Shown: positions 13,104-25,662 of the stretch, one piece after another
How positions within the stretch are numbered: position 1 is the stretch's first letter
Layout of the letters: every line of letters begins with the position of its first letter
From: Camelus ferus
Lineage: Eukaryota
Assembly: GCF_009834535.1 (NCBI RefSeq)
Contig: NC_045696.1
Coordinates: forward strand, 4,590,001 to 4,654,000
DNA: 64,000 nt
Direction: 5' to 3'
Notes under the pieces: generated by a model
What the model was told of the DNA's origin: nothing
The model's input: only the letters and a program-made list of their open reading frames with translations
The model's database searches: none
Made by a program: the position numbers and the translations under genes

Positions 13104-13649
13104 GGCATACTCTGCTCTGCCTTATCACCCATCCCACCATTCCCATCCTGCTGTGACCTCTCAGGGGAGGGAGATCCCTCTTATTTCAGCCTCCTGTCAG
13201 CCTGTACAGAGTTTCTGTTATCTCCAAACACCCCTCCCCTCAGAGTTAAGACCTCCCTCAGGAACCTGGGCAACACCTTCCCCTCAGTCTCACTCGCACC
13301 GAGTCCCTGCTGTGTTACCCTCCTCTCCTCCACGCTGCAGGAGCTCTGTTCTGAGTCCTACCCTCCGTGTCCCCAACACCGTGTCTTATAGCCACAGTCC
13401 ATCACTACATCTCCAAGTGTGTTTGCCATTGATACAGGACAAGGATTTGGGGATTTAGAAAATTCTCTTCCCTCTCAGTCACCCCATAAAGCCTTGCTTT
13501 CTTTTATCACTGACTCAAGAAACAAAATCAGAGACTCAGAGCTGAGACATGACCCCTCATTCTAGAAGTATCTATCTGCTCTGACCTACTGGCTGCTGTC
13601 TTCTTGGTGTGAGAAGGAGCCGAAGGACACTGAGGAAGTGACAACGCCT

Positions 13650-14102
13650 GATTTTGGAGCAGATGCTGGGGTGCCTGCCCAGACCCCTCAGTGCATAGCG
13701 TTCCCGTCAGCAGCTGATTCCCAGCTGCCGATTCCCAGCTGCCATGGCGGCTAGGCTGCGCTGTGCTCGGCCTGAGGGCTCCCCCTGGGAGATGGCCCCT
13801 ACCCCTGGGAACTGACTGCTGGGGGCAGCTCCCCACCGGTGACTGCTGGGACTTGGTGATAACCTGCCTGGGCCTCACAGGTGGGCTCACTGAGGTGCAC
13901 CTCTACTTTGGCTCTCAGGGGGCCCCAAAGATTAAGCTATAGCTGCACATGGTGGTGACGTGCCTGATAACTCAGCCTTCATGGGCCATCCTCCCTCTCC
14001 TGTCTCACTTTCCCTCTGGATTTCCTAAAAACAACTCCCAAATAGACTACTTTCACTTGTGTCCCTGTCACAGGACCTTTTGAGGGAGTCAAGAGGGAAA
14101 CA
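13650..14102 (+). mobile_element. LTR16-like ERVL solo LTR
   Basis: The 3' part (tcctgtctcactttccc...ctcccaaatagactactttcacttgtgtccctgtcacaggacc) resembles LTR16 ends. The 5' boundary is uncertain. Confidence 0.55.
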
Positions 14103-15222
14103 GATCTGATGTGTCAGAAGTATCCCTCCCATTGCAGATGTTTTAGGGGAAGTCCCTGTTAGCTCAGTGGGCGGTGCCTTGCAGAAGTGGCAGAGGGGAG
14201 GCTGCTGTGGTCCTGCTGGAGGGTCCTTTGCCTGTAGGCTGTGGGGTGCAATCAGGAGGGCAGGATAATGGCAAGGTCAGCAGAAGGCTGGAGCCTGGGC
14301 CCCAGATGTCTGGGGAAGGTGATGGGGAAGATGTTGGTGCCTCCAACTGAGCTGAGCATGAGAGGAGCAGGCCTGATGATGAGGAAGACTTGGCTACACT
14401 CTTCCTTCCCATGTTGTCACTGCCATGGTCACAGATTCCCTAAGAAAAGAAGGAAATGTCAAGCACTCTCACAACCCTATTCGGTTTACAGGTGGAACGT
14501 TTGAAGTGCAAGGAGGCTCAGTGGCAAACTCACTGTCCCAAAGCTCCCAAGTGCAAAACCAGGAATATGAATGGGGACCAGCCCGGCTCTGCTCCAAGGG
14601 CAGTGCTGATGTCTATTTATCTTAATTCTTCCTACAGAGCTTCATTTTTAAACTTTTTTACTTCTTGACTGTTCAGTTGTCCTCTGCATGCATATTAGGT
14701 GTGTGTCCCCATTAGGCTGACCTAAAGCGTAATTTCTACAATAGAAAAGGGAGTTAAGTAGGACATTTGAGATGACTGTACTCATCTTAAGGTTGTTTAA
14801 AAGCAATTGCTACCATTAGATGGAAGTGCTACCTCAGGCTACTGATAGTAATGTGCACCTAACAATCCAATTAGTTTGTAAGTGGATTAGTTTATTTCTT
14901 GACCAATGCATTTGCTTTAAATTCAGTATAATATAGGTCTAAAGAGTGTCACTAGTTTCTGTTTATACTTTGTATAAATGTGTTGTTTCATCTTTAAGTG
15001 GAGAATTTACTCATCCCCTTCCCCCACGGAAGGTTACTTCATTTGTATTTTTGCTTTCCAAACTATAACTCATGTCTTTTTTTAGTTCCATAATCCTTAT
15101 TAAATCATTTTAATCCCTGTTTGTAGTTTTAAGGATTTCTATCTGATTTATCTTCAGTATCCATTAAGGTGCAATCAATCCCAAGTGAAGGTGATTCCAT
15201 AACATCAGGCCACATGCCAGCC

Positions 15223-15432
15223 CAGCCCTGTCTAAGCAACTTTCTGTGATGATGGAAATGCTCTAGAACACTAAGCCATTTAGTGGCTGGTAGCCACTAG
15301 GCAGTGTGACTGTTGAGCATTTGAAATGTGGTTAGAGTGACTAAAGAATGGAATTACTCATTTTATTTAATTTTGATGAATTTGAGTTCAACAGTCTCAC
15401 GTGGCTGGTGGCTGCCATATTGGATGGCTTGG
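15223..15432 (+). mobile_element. MER3 hAT-Charlie MITE
   Basis: actttctgtgatgatggaaatgctcta...gtagccactag...ttgagcatttgaaatgtggttag...cacgtggctggtggctgccatattgga follows the MER3 consensus over ~210 bp. Confidence 0.85.
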
Positions 15433-16011
15433 CTCCAGAGGATAGTGAACTTCAGCTGAGCCATGGAAGTTTTTGACCACTCCAAGGCTTCTTGTAGTCC
15501 AGAGATATAGGTCTTAGTGTCACCATATTGGACTCACCAGGTACCACCAGATTCTCCCTGGAGTGAGGTCATTTTCTGGTATCTAAGGGACCAAGGAAAA
15601 CCTCCTGATAACACTAAACTGGATGGATTCTTGTAGATACTCTCCCCAAATACACGGTGATTAAAACAATTTATTCATCAAGCATGTGCCATGTAGCAGG
15701 AACACAGGAACACAGCAGAGAGTAGGCTGGCTTCCCAAAGGCCTGGGATTCAAGAGAAGGACGCAAAACGCACGTTTACCTGAGTGTTGCCACACGTAGT
15801 GAAGGCTGAAGGGCTCATTGTACATTTTCGGGTGTAGGATATCTGACAAGGTGTTAGAAACGTTGGACCATATTTTATCTTGTTTGACATCATTACTTCA
15901 TTCATTCATTTGACAAATATTTGTTGAATGTCTATTATATAATAGTTGCTGGGGATGTGCTAAGGAGCCCAGCAGACTTCCTTCCTTTCTTTTCTCCTCT
16001 GTTTATTTACT

Positions 16012-16082
16012 TATCTATCTTTCTGTCTGTGTGTCTGTCCGTTTGTCTGCCTGCCTGCCTGCCTGTCTGTCTGTCTGTCTGC

Positions 16083-16137
<55 letters not shown>
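16012..16137. repeat. Compound tetranucleotide microsatellite (TCTG)/(CCTG)/(CTAT)13
   Basis: Read directly; perfect CTAT run at 16083-16136. Confidence 0.97.
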
Positions 16138-16357
16138 ATTTGTTTATTTCCCTGAGCTTTATTCACAGGGCTTAATTTAAACATTTGCATTCTTATCCAG
16201 TGTTACACAAATTTTTTAAATAACTGCATGTTTTCTCACTTACTGCCTGAGATCTTCTTGGTGTTCATGCCAAATTGTCAGATGTCAGTGGAGTCACAGG
16301 TACTTTTCCCAAAGAACATTTAATGGAGTTTTTCACTGCGGGAGCCTGTGGGGACCC

Positions 16358-16420
16358 GTGTATGTACGTGTGTGTGGTGTGTGTGTGTGTGCGTGTGGTG
16401 TGTGTGTGTAGTGTGTGGTG
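16358..16420. repeat. Imperfect (GT)n microsatellite
   Basis: Read directly. Confidence 0.85.
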
Positions 16421-17192
16421 CAAGTGGGTTGGGGAGGGGAGCTGCTCTCGGGCTTCTGAGAAGAGGAGGGGGTGCAGAAAGGAAGCCCCCACTTTTGACA
16501 AAGTCTTTGGGAATCCATTCTCCATTCTTGGTGTAAACCCTCATGCTGCTAAGTAAAATCCTGTAGTTTGTGTAATTCATCAGCAGTTACTTATTTCATT
16601 GTTCCCTTATACAAAGTGCTGTCGAGGGTGCAGAATCAGAGAGAACTTTCACCTTCTTCTTGCCTCAACTGTTCGTAGAGGCCAGTCTCTTGGGGTGAGA
16701 GCTTTGCCGCCTGTTTGGGCTGTGGAGCCAGGAGTGAGTGAACTGATGCTGCTGCACAAGGAGGCAGGACAGAGCCTGTGTCAGTGCGATGGGCCCGTGC
16801 TGAGTCTGGTGTCACAAATGCTGGGTTCCAAAGGAATGATCTGGTCTGTTGTGCTCTAAGTTATTTTTCTTGTCTTTTTGAAATGCAACTTAAAAATTGA
16901 CTACACTGACAAATTACAAGCATGTGTACTGCTGAAGTTAAGAAACAGAAGGGTGTCCTTGGAAAGCCCCCTGTGTGCTCCTCTCCAAGCGCCCCTCTCC
17001 CAGAGGGGACCTCACTCCCAAACCTGATGTTAGTTAATCCTGGCTTTTCTTTGTAGTTGTGCTGCATATTTGTAGCCCTAAGTAAAGTCTTGCTAAGATG
17101 TACATGCTCTTGAACTTTATGTAATTAGCTTCACAGAGAGGTGTTCTTCTGGGACTGGCTTTGTTCTCAACATTATTGCTTTGAGATTTATC

Positions 17193-18850
17193 CATTCAAC
17201 AAATACTTATTTGTGCAATTATGGTGCACATTGATTCTAGGTCTGCAGATAGAGAGTGAACAAAACAGGCGACCCCATATCCTAAGGCAGCTTCATTCTA
17301 GTGAATGACAGGGTAGCGGCAATAAATGTGATGAATAGAACATGTACCCATTAGGTTGTAACTGGTGAAAGGGGACACTGAAACAGTGAAGAAGAGTAAT
17401 GTTAGGGGGATTAGGGGTTTCTGATGGGGGGCTAAGAAGGGGACATTTTACAAGGGAGACATCCAAATGGTCAACAGGCACATGAAAAGATGCTCAATAT
17501 CACTAATAGACAAACATAAATCAAAACTACAATGAGGTATCACTTCACACCAGTGAGAATGGCCATCATTTAAAAGTCTACAAATAATAAATGTTGGAGA
17601 GAGTGTGGAGAAAAGGAAGCCCTCTTAGACTATTGGTGGGAATGTACTTTGGTGCAGCCACTATGGAGGACAGTGTGGAGATTCCTCAAAAACCTAAAAA
17701 TAGACTTACCATAAGATCCAGCAATCCCATTCCTGGACATGTATTTGTAGGAAACTATAACTTGGAAAGATGCATGCACTCCAGTGTTCATAGCAGCACT
17801 ATTTACAGTAGCCAAGACATGGAAGCAACCTAAGTGTCCGTCAACAGATGACTGGATAAAGAAATAGTGGTATATGTACACAATGGAATATTACTCAGCC
17901 ACAAAAAATAGAATAATGTCATTTGTAGCAACATGGATGGACCTAGAGATTATAGTATTAAGTGAAATAAGCCAGACAAAGACAAATATCATATGATATC
18001 TCTCATGTGCAATCTAAAAAAATGACATAAATGAACTTATGTATAAACCAGAAATAGACTCACAGACAGAAAACAAACTATGGTTACCAAAGGGGAAAGG
18101 GGTGGCAGGGTGGGATAAATTGGGAGTTTGGGATTTGCAGATACACAGTACTATATATAAAATAGATAACAAAAACCTGTGTAACACAGGAAACTGTATT
18201 CAATATCTTGTAATAACCTATAATGGAAAAGAATCTAAAAAATAATATATATATATTATATATATATATGTATATATATAACTGAATCACTTTGCTATAC
18301 TCCAGAAACTAACATAACATTGTAAATCAACTATACTTCAATAAAAAAGAAGGGGATATTTAAGTGAAAACCTGGGGAAGGTGAGGGAGAGAGTCGTGGA
18401 GATGTCAGGGGAAGAACTTTCCTGGCAGAGGAAACAGCGAGCGCCAAAGCCCTGCAGCAGCCTTGTGTCCAGTGTGTTTCAAGGACTGTTGGGGAGGCTG
18501 TGGTGGAGGGAACTGGGTACACAAGGGGGTGCAGGAGGAGGAGGTGAGGGCTGAGAGAAGTGGGGGATAGAAAGCTCTGGAGGTGTTTGAGCAGAGTGAC
18601 GTTCATCACACAACTAGAGTCCTAACCAGATTTCTCTATCTAGTGCATGGAGCCAGTCACTGCAGGCATGTTAAGGAGAGAGAGTATGCACCTGGTAAAA
18701 GGTGTCATGTTTCAGGTTGAACGTTAGGATTTTCTGATGAGTTGGATTTACGGTGGCAGAGAAAGGACAATTACTTTCTGAGTCTAATTCTAATTTCTGT
18801 AGGCTGAGCAATAAGCTGGCCGAAGTGCCACTTATGGAGTGGGGAAAACC
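17193..18850 (-). mobile_element. L2 LINE remnant, interrupted by an L1
   Basis: Begins cattcaacaaatacttatt (L2 3' end, antisense) and resumes after 18361 with ggcagaggaaacagc...caaagccctg...gtgtttcaaggact. Confidence 0.75.
17449..18346 (+). mobile_element. 5'-truncated cetartiodactyl-type L1 (ORF2 end, 3' UTR, A tail) with a 15-bp TSD
   Basis: L1 ORF2 C-terminal sequence, 3' UTR ending cttcaataaaaaa, and TSD AAGAAGGGGACATTT (17434-17448) / AAGAAGGGGATATTT (18347-18361). Confidence 0.93.
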
Positions 18851-18899
18851 AAGAGAGGAGAGGTTAGAGAGCGTGGAGGGAGAGGCCAGGGCTCACGTA

Positions 18900-19083
18900 G
18901 GAGCCAGCTCTCTGCCCTTCTCTTGTTAGGACACTTGTGACTGCATGATAGCCCACCCCAAGAGTCTAAGACCTTTAACATAATCACATCTGCAAAGTTC
19001 TTGTTGCCATATAAGAAAACATTCACTGGTTTCAGGGATTAAGACCTGTATATCTTTGGGGAAAGGTTATTCAGCCTACCACG
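18900..19083 (-). mobile_element. MLT1 LTR fragment
   Basis: aggacacttgtga...taatcacatctgcaaagttc...ttcagggattaagacctgtatatctttgggg...attcagcctaccac. Confidence 0.7.
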
Positions 19084-19625
19084 ATTAGAATAAATTCAGT
19101 TCCAAATGCAAACACATTATAGTGGTACCAGTTCATTACAAAGTAAAACTATCATGCTCAGCAAGTCATATTGCACATAATGTCCCTCATTAAATTAAAA
19201 AGTGTAGTGATTATCTGTAACAGAGTGATGAGGAATCAGTTCACTGGCTTCAGTCCTGCTGGGACTTCCTGTGAGGCCTTTGGTGGTGCACATAGAAGAG
19301 GCTAAAGCTGCTGGAAAGATACATATTCTACATCTCTAGATGCCAGGATTACCTTGGGCTTCAACCTCAGATGCTGTATGTGGCTTCAGAGTTTGTATAT
19401 GAAGATGTGAAGGACACTGGTTAGAGTTTGCAGTGCTCAATTTGTGTGACTGTAAATGGAGGATTTTTTGTGATGCCCATTGGGCTGTGTACTCCAGAAA
19501 CACGTGGCCTATGTCTGTCTTGCATCCGTATTACCCACTTTAGTGTTTGGCATAGAGCTGGCATTTGTATTTAGAGAAACAAATGAAAAGAATCACTGAA
19601 TACCTCCACATCTCTGGTACCTAGA

Positions 19626-19987
19626 ATAGCAGTTTCTCAGCACTGTCTGCATGTTAGAACCATTTGAGAAGGACCTTTAAAGGGAAAGTTCTGGGCCTGC
19701 ACTCTATTCGCAGAGATTCTGGTTTATTTGGACTGGTTGTGGCTGTGGTATTACTACTTTTTTTTTAGAAATATCCCAGGTGACTCGACTGTGCAGCTAG
19801 GTAGCTACCCATTGGTCTAGAATAGTGGTTCTCAATCTTCAGTATCAGAATCACCTGGAGGGCTCAGTAAAGCACAGGTTTTCTGATTCCATAGGGCTGG
19901 GCTTGGGTGCTGAGATACGCATTTCTGGCAAACTCCCAGGTGAGACTGATGCTGTTGGAGCGGGGGAACATGCTTTGAGAACTACTG
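19626..19987. mobile_element. Two adjacent MER5-family hAT-Charlie MITEs (~19626-19814 and 19823-19987)
   Basis: Terminal tagtggttctcaa...ttgagaactactg, internal agaatcacctggag and cccaggtga motifs, with CTAGA-type target sequences at the left flank and the junction. Confidence 0.75.
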
Positions 19988-21670
19988 CTCTGGAAGGTAG
20001 TACGTAAGCCCCTTGGATATGCACCAGGGCAGATAGTTTGGGGGCCATTCTGGAAGAATGTGCATGTTTATGCAGATACAAAAGATATTCAACACCCACT
20101 CTGTGCATTTTAAATATCTAATTTTATTCCTTCAATGCAACAGCCTTTCAAGGTAGGCATGATTAATTTTCAATTTTTAGCTGACAAACCAGAAAACCAA
20201 GGAGGTGAATTTTGCTCGTCATGCTTCATCTTTTCATATGTCACAAAGTCGTACCTTCTAGGAGACTAGAGACATTTTTGCTATTTTGTGTTCATCTTCT
20301 TTCTCCATCTCTGGTCACTGTCCCTCCCTGGACTCTAGGTGGCTGCTGTGAGAGGGCCCTTGGAGCTGGTCCAGTCCCCTCACTAACTCTCTGTGAGGGA
20401 AGCAGCCTCTCCTCCCTGCACAGCACAGTGGCTGCTTAGCTAAGGTATCTTGCATCGACTTGAATAGAGATTCTGAACGCTGACTAACCCACACATGGGA
20501 AATGACACCAATTTGATCTTTGCTGAGCTGAGCATCATTCTCAACTTTTGATACTTTGACTAGGACCTTTTAAATGACAAGAGACATTTTTGGGGCCATA
20601 CCACTTATCTCAAAGCCTCTGGGCAAAATTTCACAGGAGTCACTCCTTGCTGGCTGCCCTCCTATTTTTCGGAGCCCCCCTCTCACCCCCGGTGTCCCTA
20701 CTTCTTGGAAGTCTGTGGTCCCCAGCCTGCCTTGCTTGGGTCAAAAACCTTGATGCCAGATGCCATCCAGATGGATCCAAAACCTCCCTTCCATTGACTT
20801 TATTCAAACTGAAATTGCCCATTCTTGAAACAGCAGCACTCATCTGATACAGAAGATGGTAGGATTAAAGTGATATGCACTCAGATGTAAATGAGGCATG
20901 ATGCTCCATGGAAATCTTGAATTTTAAAGAGGAGCTTGTAATGACTCTCATATATGGGACTATATTGGGTTAGGGGACAGCTAAGGACAACAAATGATGT
21001 GGACAATTCCCTAACCTCCTTACCTGGGCTGCTGTTAGTTTATCTTGCAGAGACTAAACACACATCTTTGGGTTTCTGAACAAACCATCCATCCCCACAG
21101 CTCTCTTTAGCTTTGCAAGGAGGCTGCCATCAGGCAGATCATATCTGGGCTGGCATGGCTCAAAGCTAACTATGAACAGTTGAAACTTCACATCTCAAAT
21201 GCAGAAGACGAACTCTGTATCAGTTATCTCCTCCTTACAAGGACTTGAACTTTCATTTGTGTAAAATTTACAGAGCATGATTTTAGGTCTTTCAAGCCGT
21301 CACTTTAAAGGGCTGTGGGCTACAGGGGTTTCCTATGCTTACATCCTGGTGTCCCCACAGTTCTCAGGTTAGAGACCAGTAAGCATTTGCTTATAAAGAA
21401 GGTTTGCTGTGGCTCTTGGCTGGGATGCTGGCAGGAAGAAGGCTTCCTGCATCTCCCAGAGATGGTCCTTCCTGAGGAATGTTTCCACCCATGACAATGG
21501 GCTGCCTGTTGAAAATCATGTCTGAAAACTGTAGGCCCAAGTGAAATAAGTAACTGAGACTAAATTGCCTGCTAGATTTAAGAGATTTTTTTTTTGCTGG
21601 AGAAAACTGTAATCTATAAGTTTTAAGCAACACAATGACTATGGGAAATAAAAGCTACGTTTTAGCCTCA

Positions 21671-22061
21671 GCATTAGGGATTGAATTGTGTTCCCTACCA
21701 CCTCAAATTCTTATACAGAAGCTCTGACCCCCGGTGTCTCAGAATGTGACTGGACTTGGAGATCAGGCATTTACAGAGATAATTAAGTTACAATGATGCC
21801 ATGAGACTGGGCCCTAATCCCATATGATTAGTGTCCTTATAAAATGAAGAGATTAGGATGCAGGCACAGTCGGAAGGAAGACCATATGAGGACACAGGGA
21901 GAAGGCGACCACCTACAAGCCCAGGAGAGAAGCCTCAGAAAAAAATCAAACCTGCTGGTACCTTGACTTTGGACTTTAAGCCTCCAGAACTGTGAGAAAA
22001 TAAAGCTCTACTGTTAAAGCCCCCAAGTACTTTGTTATGGTGGCCCGAGCAAACCAAGACA
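21671..22061 (+). mobile_element. MLT1B-like MaLR solo LTR
   Basis: gattgaattgtgttccc...ggccctaatccc...gtgtccttataa...cctccagaactgtgagaaaataa...gcaaaccaagaca. Confidence 0.85.
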
Positions 22062-22689
22062 CTCGGATTAAATTAACACCAAGAAAGACAGAAATTTTGA
22101 GTACCCACACCCCTTTCCTGTACAAACAAGTCACTCTCAATCACTGCCTGCCCCGTGTGGTAGAGTTTGTCCAAGTCCACACGGCAGGACGCCTCCATCT
22201 CTGTCCTCTTGCCACCTGTCTAGTTGGCTTGTACCCCTTCCTCGCCTTTGTCAATGGCTAAGATAAAGAAAGATGAGGGGGGAAGGGAACATCATTCTCT
22301 CCTTAGCCGAAGCCTGCAAAGCAAACCAAATGCGCAGAAGATCCAGAGAAACGGAACATGACCTTTCAGAATCCGTCACGAGTACAGCTAGTTCTGTCAA
22401 AGACTAACTGGAGCCTACAGGGATGGCTCAGTCCCCACCAGGACCCCTGCCCCATCCATCACAGAATCGGTGTGAAGAGCAGCAGCCCAGCCACAGACCA
22501 CATTTCCTACCTGCTTTCCCCTGGGTGGGTTAGGGGGGTTGGTTCCCTGTGACTGGTCCTTGGTGCTGGGGAGTGAATTGAAGTGATGCCACTGCTGGGC
22601 CTTGAATGTTAAACAGGGGCTGTGTTTCTCCAAGCTCTCTAACTTCTCCACTGGCTGGATGGAGAGTGATGGTACTCCATGCATGGGTG

Positions 22690-22840
22690 GTCCCCCACCA
22701 TCCTCATCAGGATCACTTGGCAGCTCAGTGCCTGCTTCTGACCTACTGAGTCAGATACTCTGGGGAGGGGCTCAGCAGTCTGTCTTTTACCAAGCTCTCA
22801 TGGGGATTCTGATCATTCTCCAGTTTGAGAGCCACTGGGC
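22690..22840. mobile_element. MER5A-like fragment
   Basis: acctactgagtcagatactctggggaggggctcagcagtctgtcttttaccaagctc...agtttgagagccactg. Confidence 0.65.
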
Positions 22841-23031
22841 TAGGGGACGAGGGATCAGAAGAAGGCGCTGGAGAGCCTGAAGAGAATGAGACACTGTTTC
22901 TGCCTTCAAGGAGCTAATCCTTGAGGAATTTTTCTCCTGGGGCGAGGTGCAGAAGGGCAAGCTGAGGAGAAGTCCTGCCAAGATCACTTAAGAGCTCATC
23001 CATCCTTTGTAAAGCAAGCTGTTTTGTATTT

Positions 23032-23496
23032 TGTGTTAGGTTTATGTAGAGAAACAGAACAGAAGGGTGTGTTTATGTGGTGTGCCGTGTGTGTGTGTGT
23101 GTGCATGTAGACAGACAGACAGACAGACAGGTGGGTAGGGAGTTGTTTTAAGGAATCAGTTCACGTGGTTGTGGAGGCTTGGTAAGCACAACACCTGCAG
23201 CGTAGGCTGGCAGGCCGGAGACCCAGGGAAGAGTTGCAGTTCAAGTCCAAAGATCACCTGCTGGCAGAATTCCTTCTTGCTTGGGGTGGGTCAGCCTTTT
23301 GGTTCTGCTAAGACCTTCAAGTGATTGGATGAAACACACTTACATTCTGGAGGACAATCTGCTTGACTTAACGCCCACTGATTTAAACGTTACCCTCATC
23401 CAAAAAACACCTTAACAGAAACATACAGAATAATGTTTAACTAAGTATCTGGGTACTGTTGCCCAGGCACATTGACATATAAAATCAACTATCATA
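23032..23496 (-). mobile_element. MLT2B-like ERVL solo LTR with internal (GT)n/(GACA)n
   Basis: tagagaaacagaac...aaggaatcagttcacgtggttgtggaggc...gattggatga...ttgacatataaaatcaactatcata. Confidence 0.85.
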
Positions 23497-23619
23497 GGCT
23501 TCTTGTATTCTTTTTATTTCTGTTTTGTTTTTGTTGTCAAAGGTGATTAAGTGAACCATTTTAAAAGCTGCAGCCTGCCTCCCGGTATTAGCATCTTGAT
23601 GAAGATACAGGACCGTGTT

Positions 23620-23855
23620 GACTGACCATGTGCTACATGCCCACACTGTTCTGAATGCTCCCTCATGCTGGCCCACTTAATGATCACAGTAACCTTGTGA
23701 GGTCAGTTCTAGTAATACCTTAATCTTAACAATGTGGAAAGAGAGGCAGCCAGAAGGTCATTACCTTACCCGCAGTCATGTGGTTGGAATGTGGTAGATC
23801 TAAGATGCAAACCTGGGTAGTCTAGTCTAGTTCTGGAATGTTCTTAGCCACCACT
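23620..23855 (-). mobile_element. MIR SINE
   Basis: Antisense MIR core: cacagtaaccttgtgaggtcag...aatgtggaaagagaggcag...agatgcaaacctggg. Confidence 0.6.
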
Positions 23856-25074
23856 CTTCGAGGTCTTGTGGGAGGAATCAGGGTGTGGGTATATTTGGGT
23901 GGCCAAAGATATGAGCAGATGGGTAGAAAGATTCCCAGCTCTTCATACAGAGGGAGGGAAGGAGGGACGAAGAGCTAGAAAGAGACTCCGGCCAGTAAAG
24001 GACATCCATCAGTAGCATTGCACCCATTGACACTTGAAACGTAGTAATTTTTAATTCCGTGGCTATTTTATTATCAGCATTGTTTTCTTTATTACTGCTA
24101 CTATTTTAATGCTAATAATAGTACCTATCCTTCATCGAACATTTATTGGCCAGCAGTAACACTCAATATACATATTTACTTACATAAATATAAGCCAGTT
24201 TTTTTTTTTCAGTCCCATTTTAGTGATAAATAACTTGAGATTTGGATAAATTCTTTACTCTTAAGTCCCATTGCTGTTGTTGGGCTAAACAGAGATCCAG
24301 CCAAGCAGCCCAGCAAATAGAATCGTCCCACAAAACTTTAGCAAGACGGTGGTCAGTACAATAATGTCAGAGAAAGCAAACACACAGTCAAGAAGAGGCT
24401 GCCCCCGGCTTTCTCCTCCTAATAAGTCCTGGCTTTTAGGGTCATCAGAAGAAGAGACTGAGGATTGCTCTCTCCTCCCTGTGTCTTAGTGCCACCAGCC
24501 CTGTAATTAGTTGTTGACCCAAGACATAGAGGTTGCTGAGCTTTTAAATGCAAACTTCTTCCGTGGCTGGGTAAAGTGTTTTAACAACCGTGCAGTCTTG
24601 TAATGTACATCATTTCTGCCTTCAAATGAAATCAAAACCTGCCTTTATAACTAACAGTCAGAACTCAAGAAATCCATTAGTTAAAACCATCCACTAGTAA
24701 AAACAAGACATTAAGGGGAAACATCTTTTATAGTCCTAACTCCCATAATACTAGAATATTCCTCATAGTCTTCTTTTCTACATATAAACTTGTTTTTTAA
24801 TTGAAAACACAATTGTGCTTTCTGCTTAACATTGTATCTTATTTTCTATAGTATTTCATAATATAATATAATTTTTAAATATGATTTTTAATCTATAAAT
24901 AATATACCTACTAAGCAAATGCACCTGAGTTATTTTCTTCTTATGGTTTATTTAGATAATTTCCCACTTTGTAAGGTTTTAAATAAGATTGAGAAGAATA
25001 CTTTGGGGTAGAAACATCTATGCTGTTTAAGATCATAACAACAAAATACATCACAAGTGAAAAAGCTTGGAAAT

Positions 25075-25305
25075 TCCGCAGATCTGGTTTGAATCGTGGC
25101 TCTGCCACTCTGCAACCATGTGGCCCCCATGGTCTCTTTATTTTAGGTAACAGCCAGGAGCCTCTGTTTCTCATTCTTAAAATTAGACTACTCTTTACCC
25201 CATAAGATTGTTGTATTGTCTTTTGAGGATTAAAAGATACAATGACATTCAAAGTTTCTCAGCACACTTGTACTTAAGTACTTCAAATAGTACATTTTAG
25301 TATTA
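25075..25305 (+). mobile_element. MIR SINE
   Basis: ggtttgaatcgtggctctgccact...gagcctctgtttctcattcttaaaatt...gaggattaaaagatac. Confidence 0.7.
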
Positions 25306-25545
25306 TAGTATTATAAAGTAGGTTTCTCAAAGCAGAAATACTGAGTGAAAGATAACATTTTTCAGCATCTTGGTATTTATTACCACGTTGCTTTTTAAAA
25401 TGTGCATACACTTTCCTTTAAGTGAGTGCAAGTGCATTTTAAACAATGTGGCTATCTCTGCATTTCTTTAGTTGCTATAAATTCTACATGTTCTTTAATC
25501 AGTTGTGTTTCCTCTTTTGTGACTTCTTTGCTCATATATCCTTTG

Positions 25546-25662
25546 TTTTTTTTTTTTTAACATTTTTTATTGATTTATAATCATTTTACAATGTGTCAAA
25601 TTCCAGTGTTCAGCACAATTTTTCAGTCATTCATGGACATATACACACTCATTGTCACATTT
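25546..25662 (-). mobile_element. Very short (~115 bp) young L1 3' end with poly(A) tail and TSD
   Basis: T13 tail, body closely similar to the 3' end of the L1 at 50271, flanks TCATATATCCTTTG / TCATATATCTTTG. Confidence 0.85.

Noticed and set aside
13716..13743. 14-bp tandem duplication GATTCCCAGCTGCC x2
   Set aside because: A single small slippage duplication inside an old LTR, with no sign of function.
15921..16580. Cluster of overlapping ORFs with repetitive peptides
   Set aside because: These are translations of the (CTAT)/(TCTG) and (GT) microsatellites.
13104..17433. 4.3-kb segment as a simple insertion into one L1
   Set aside because: The downstream L1 has its own TSD inside a continuous L2, and the intervening DNA contains older repeats, so a plain split does not fit. 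The residual oddity is kept as a finding.
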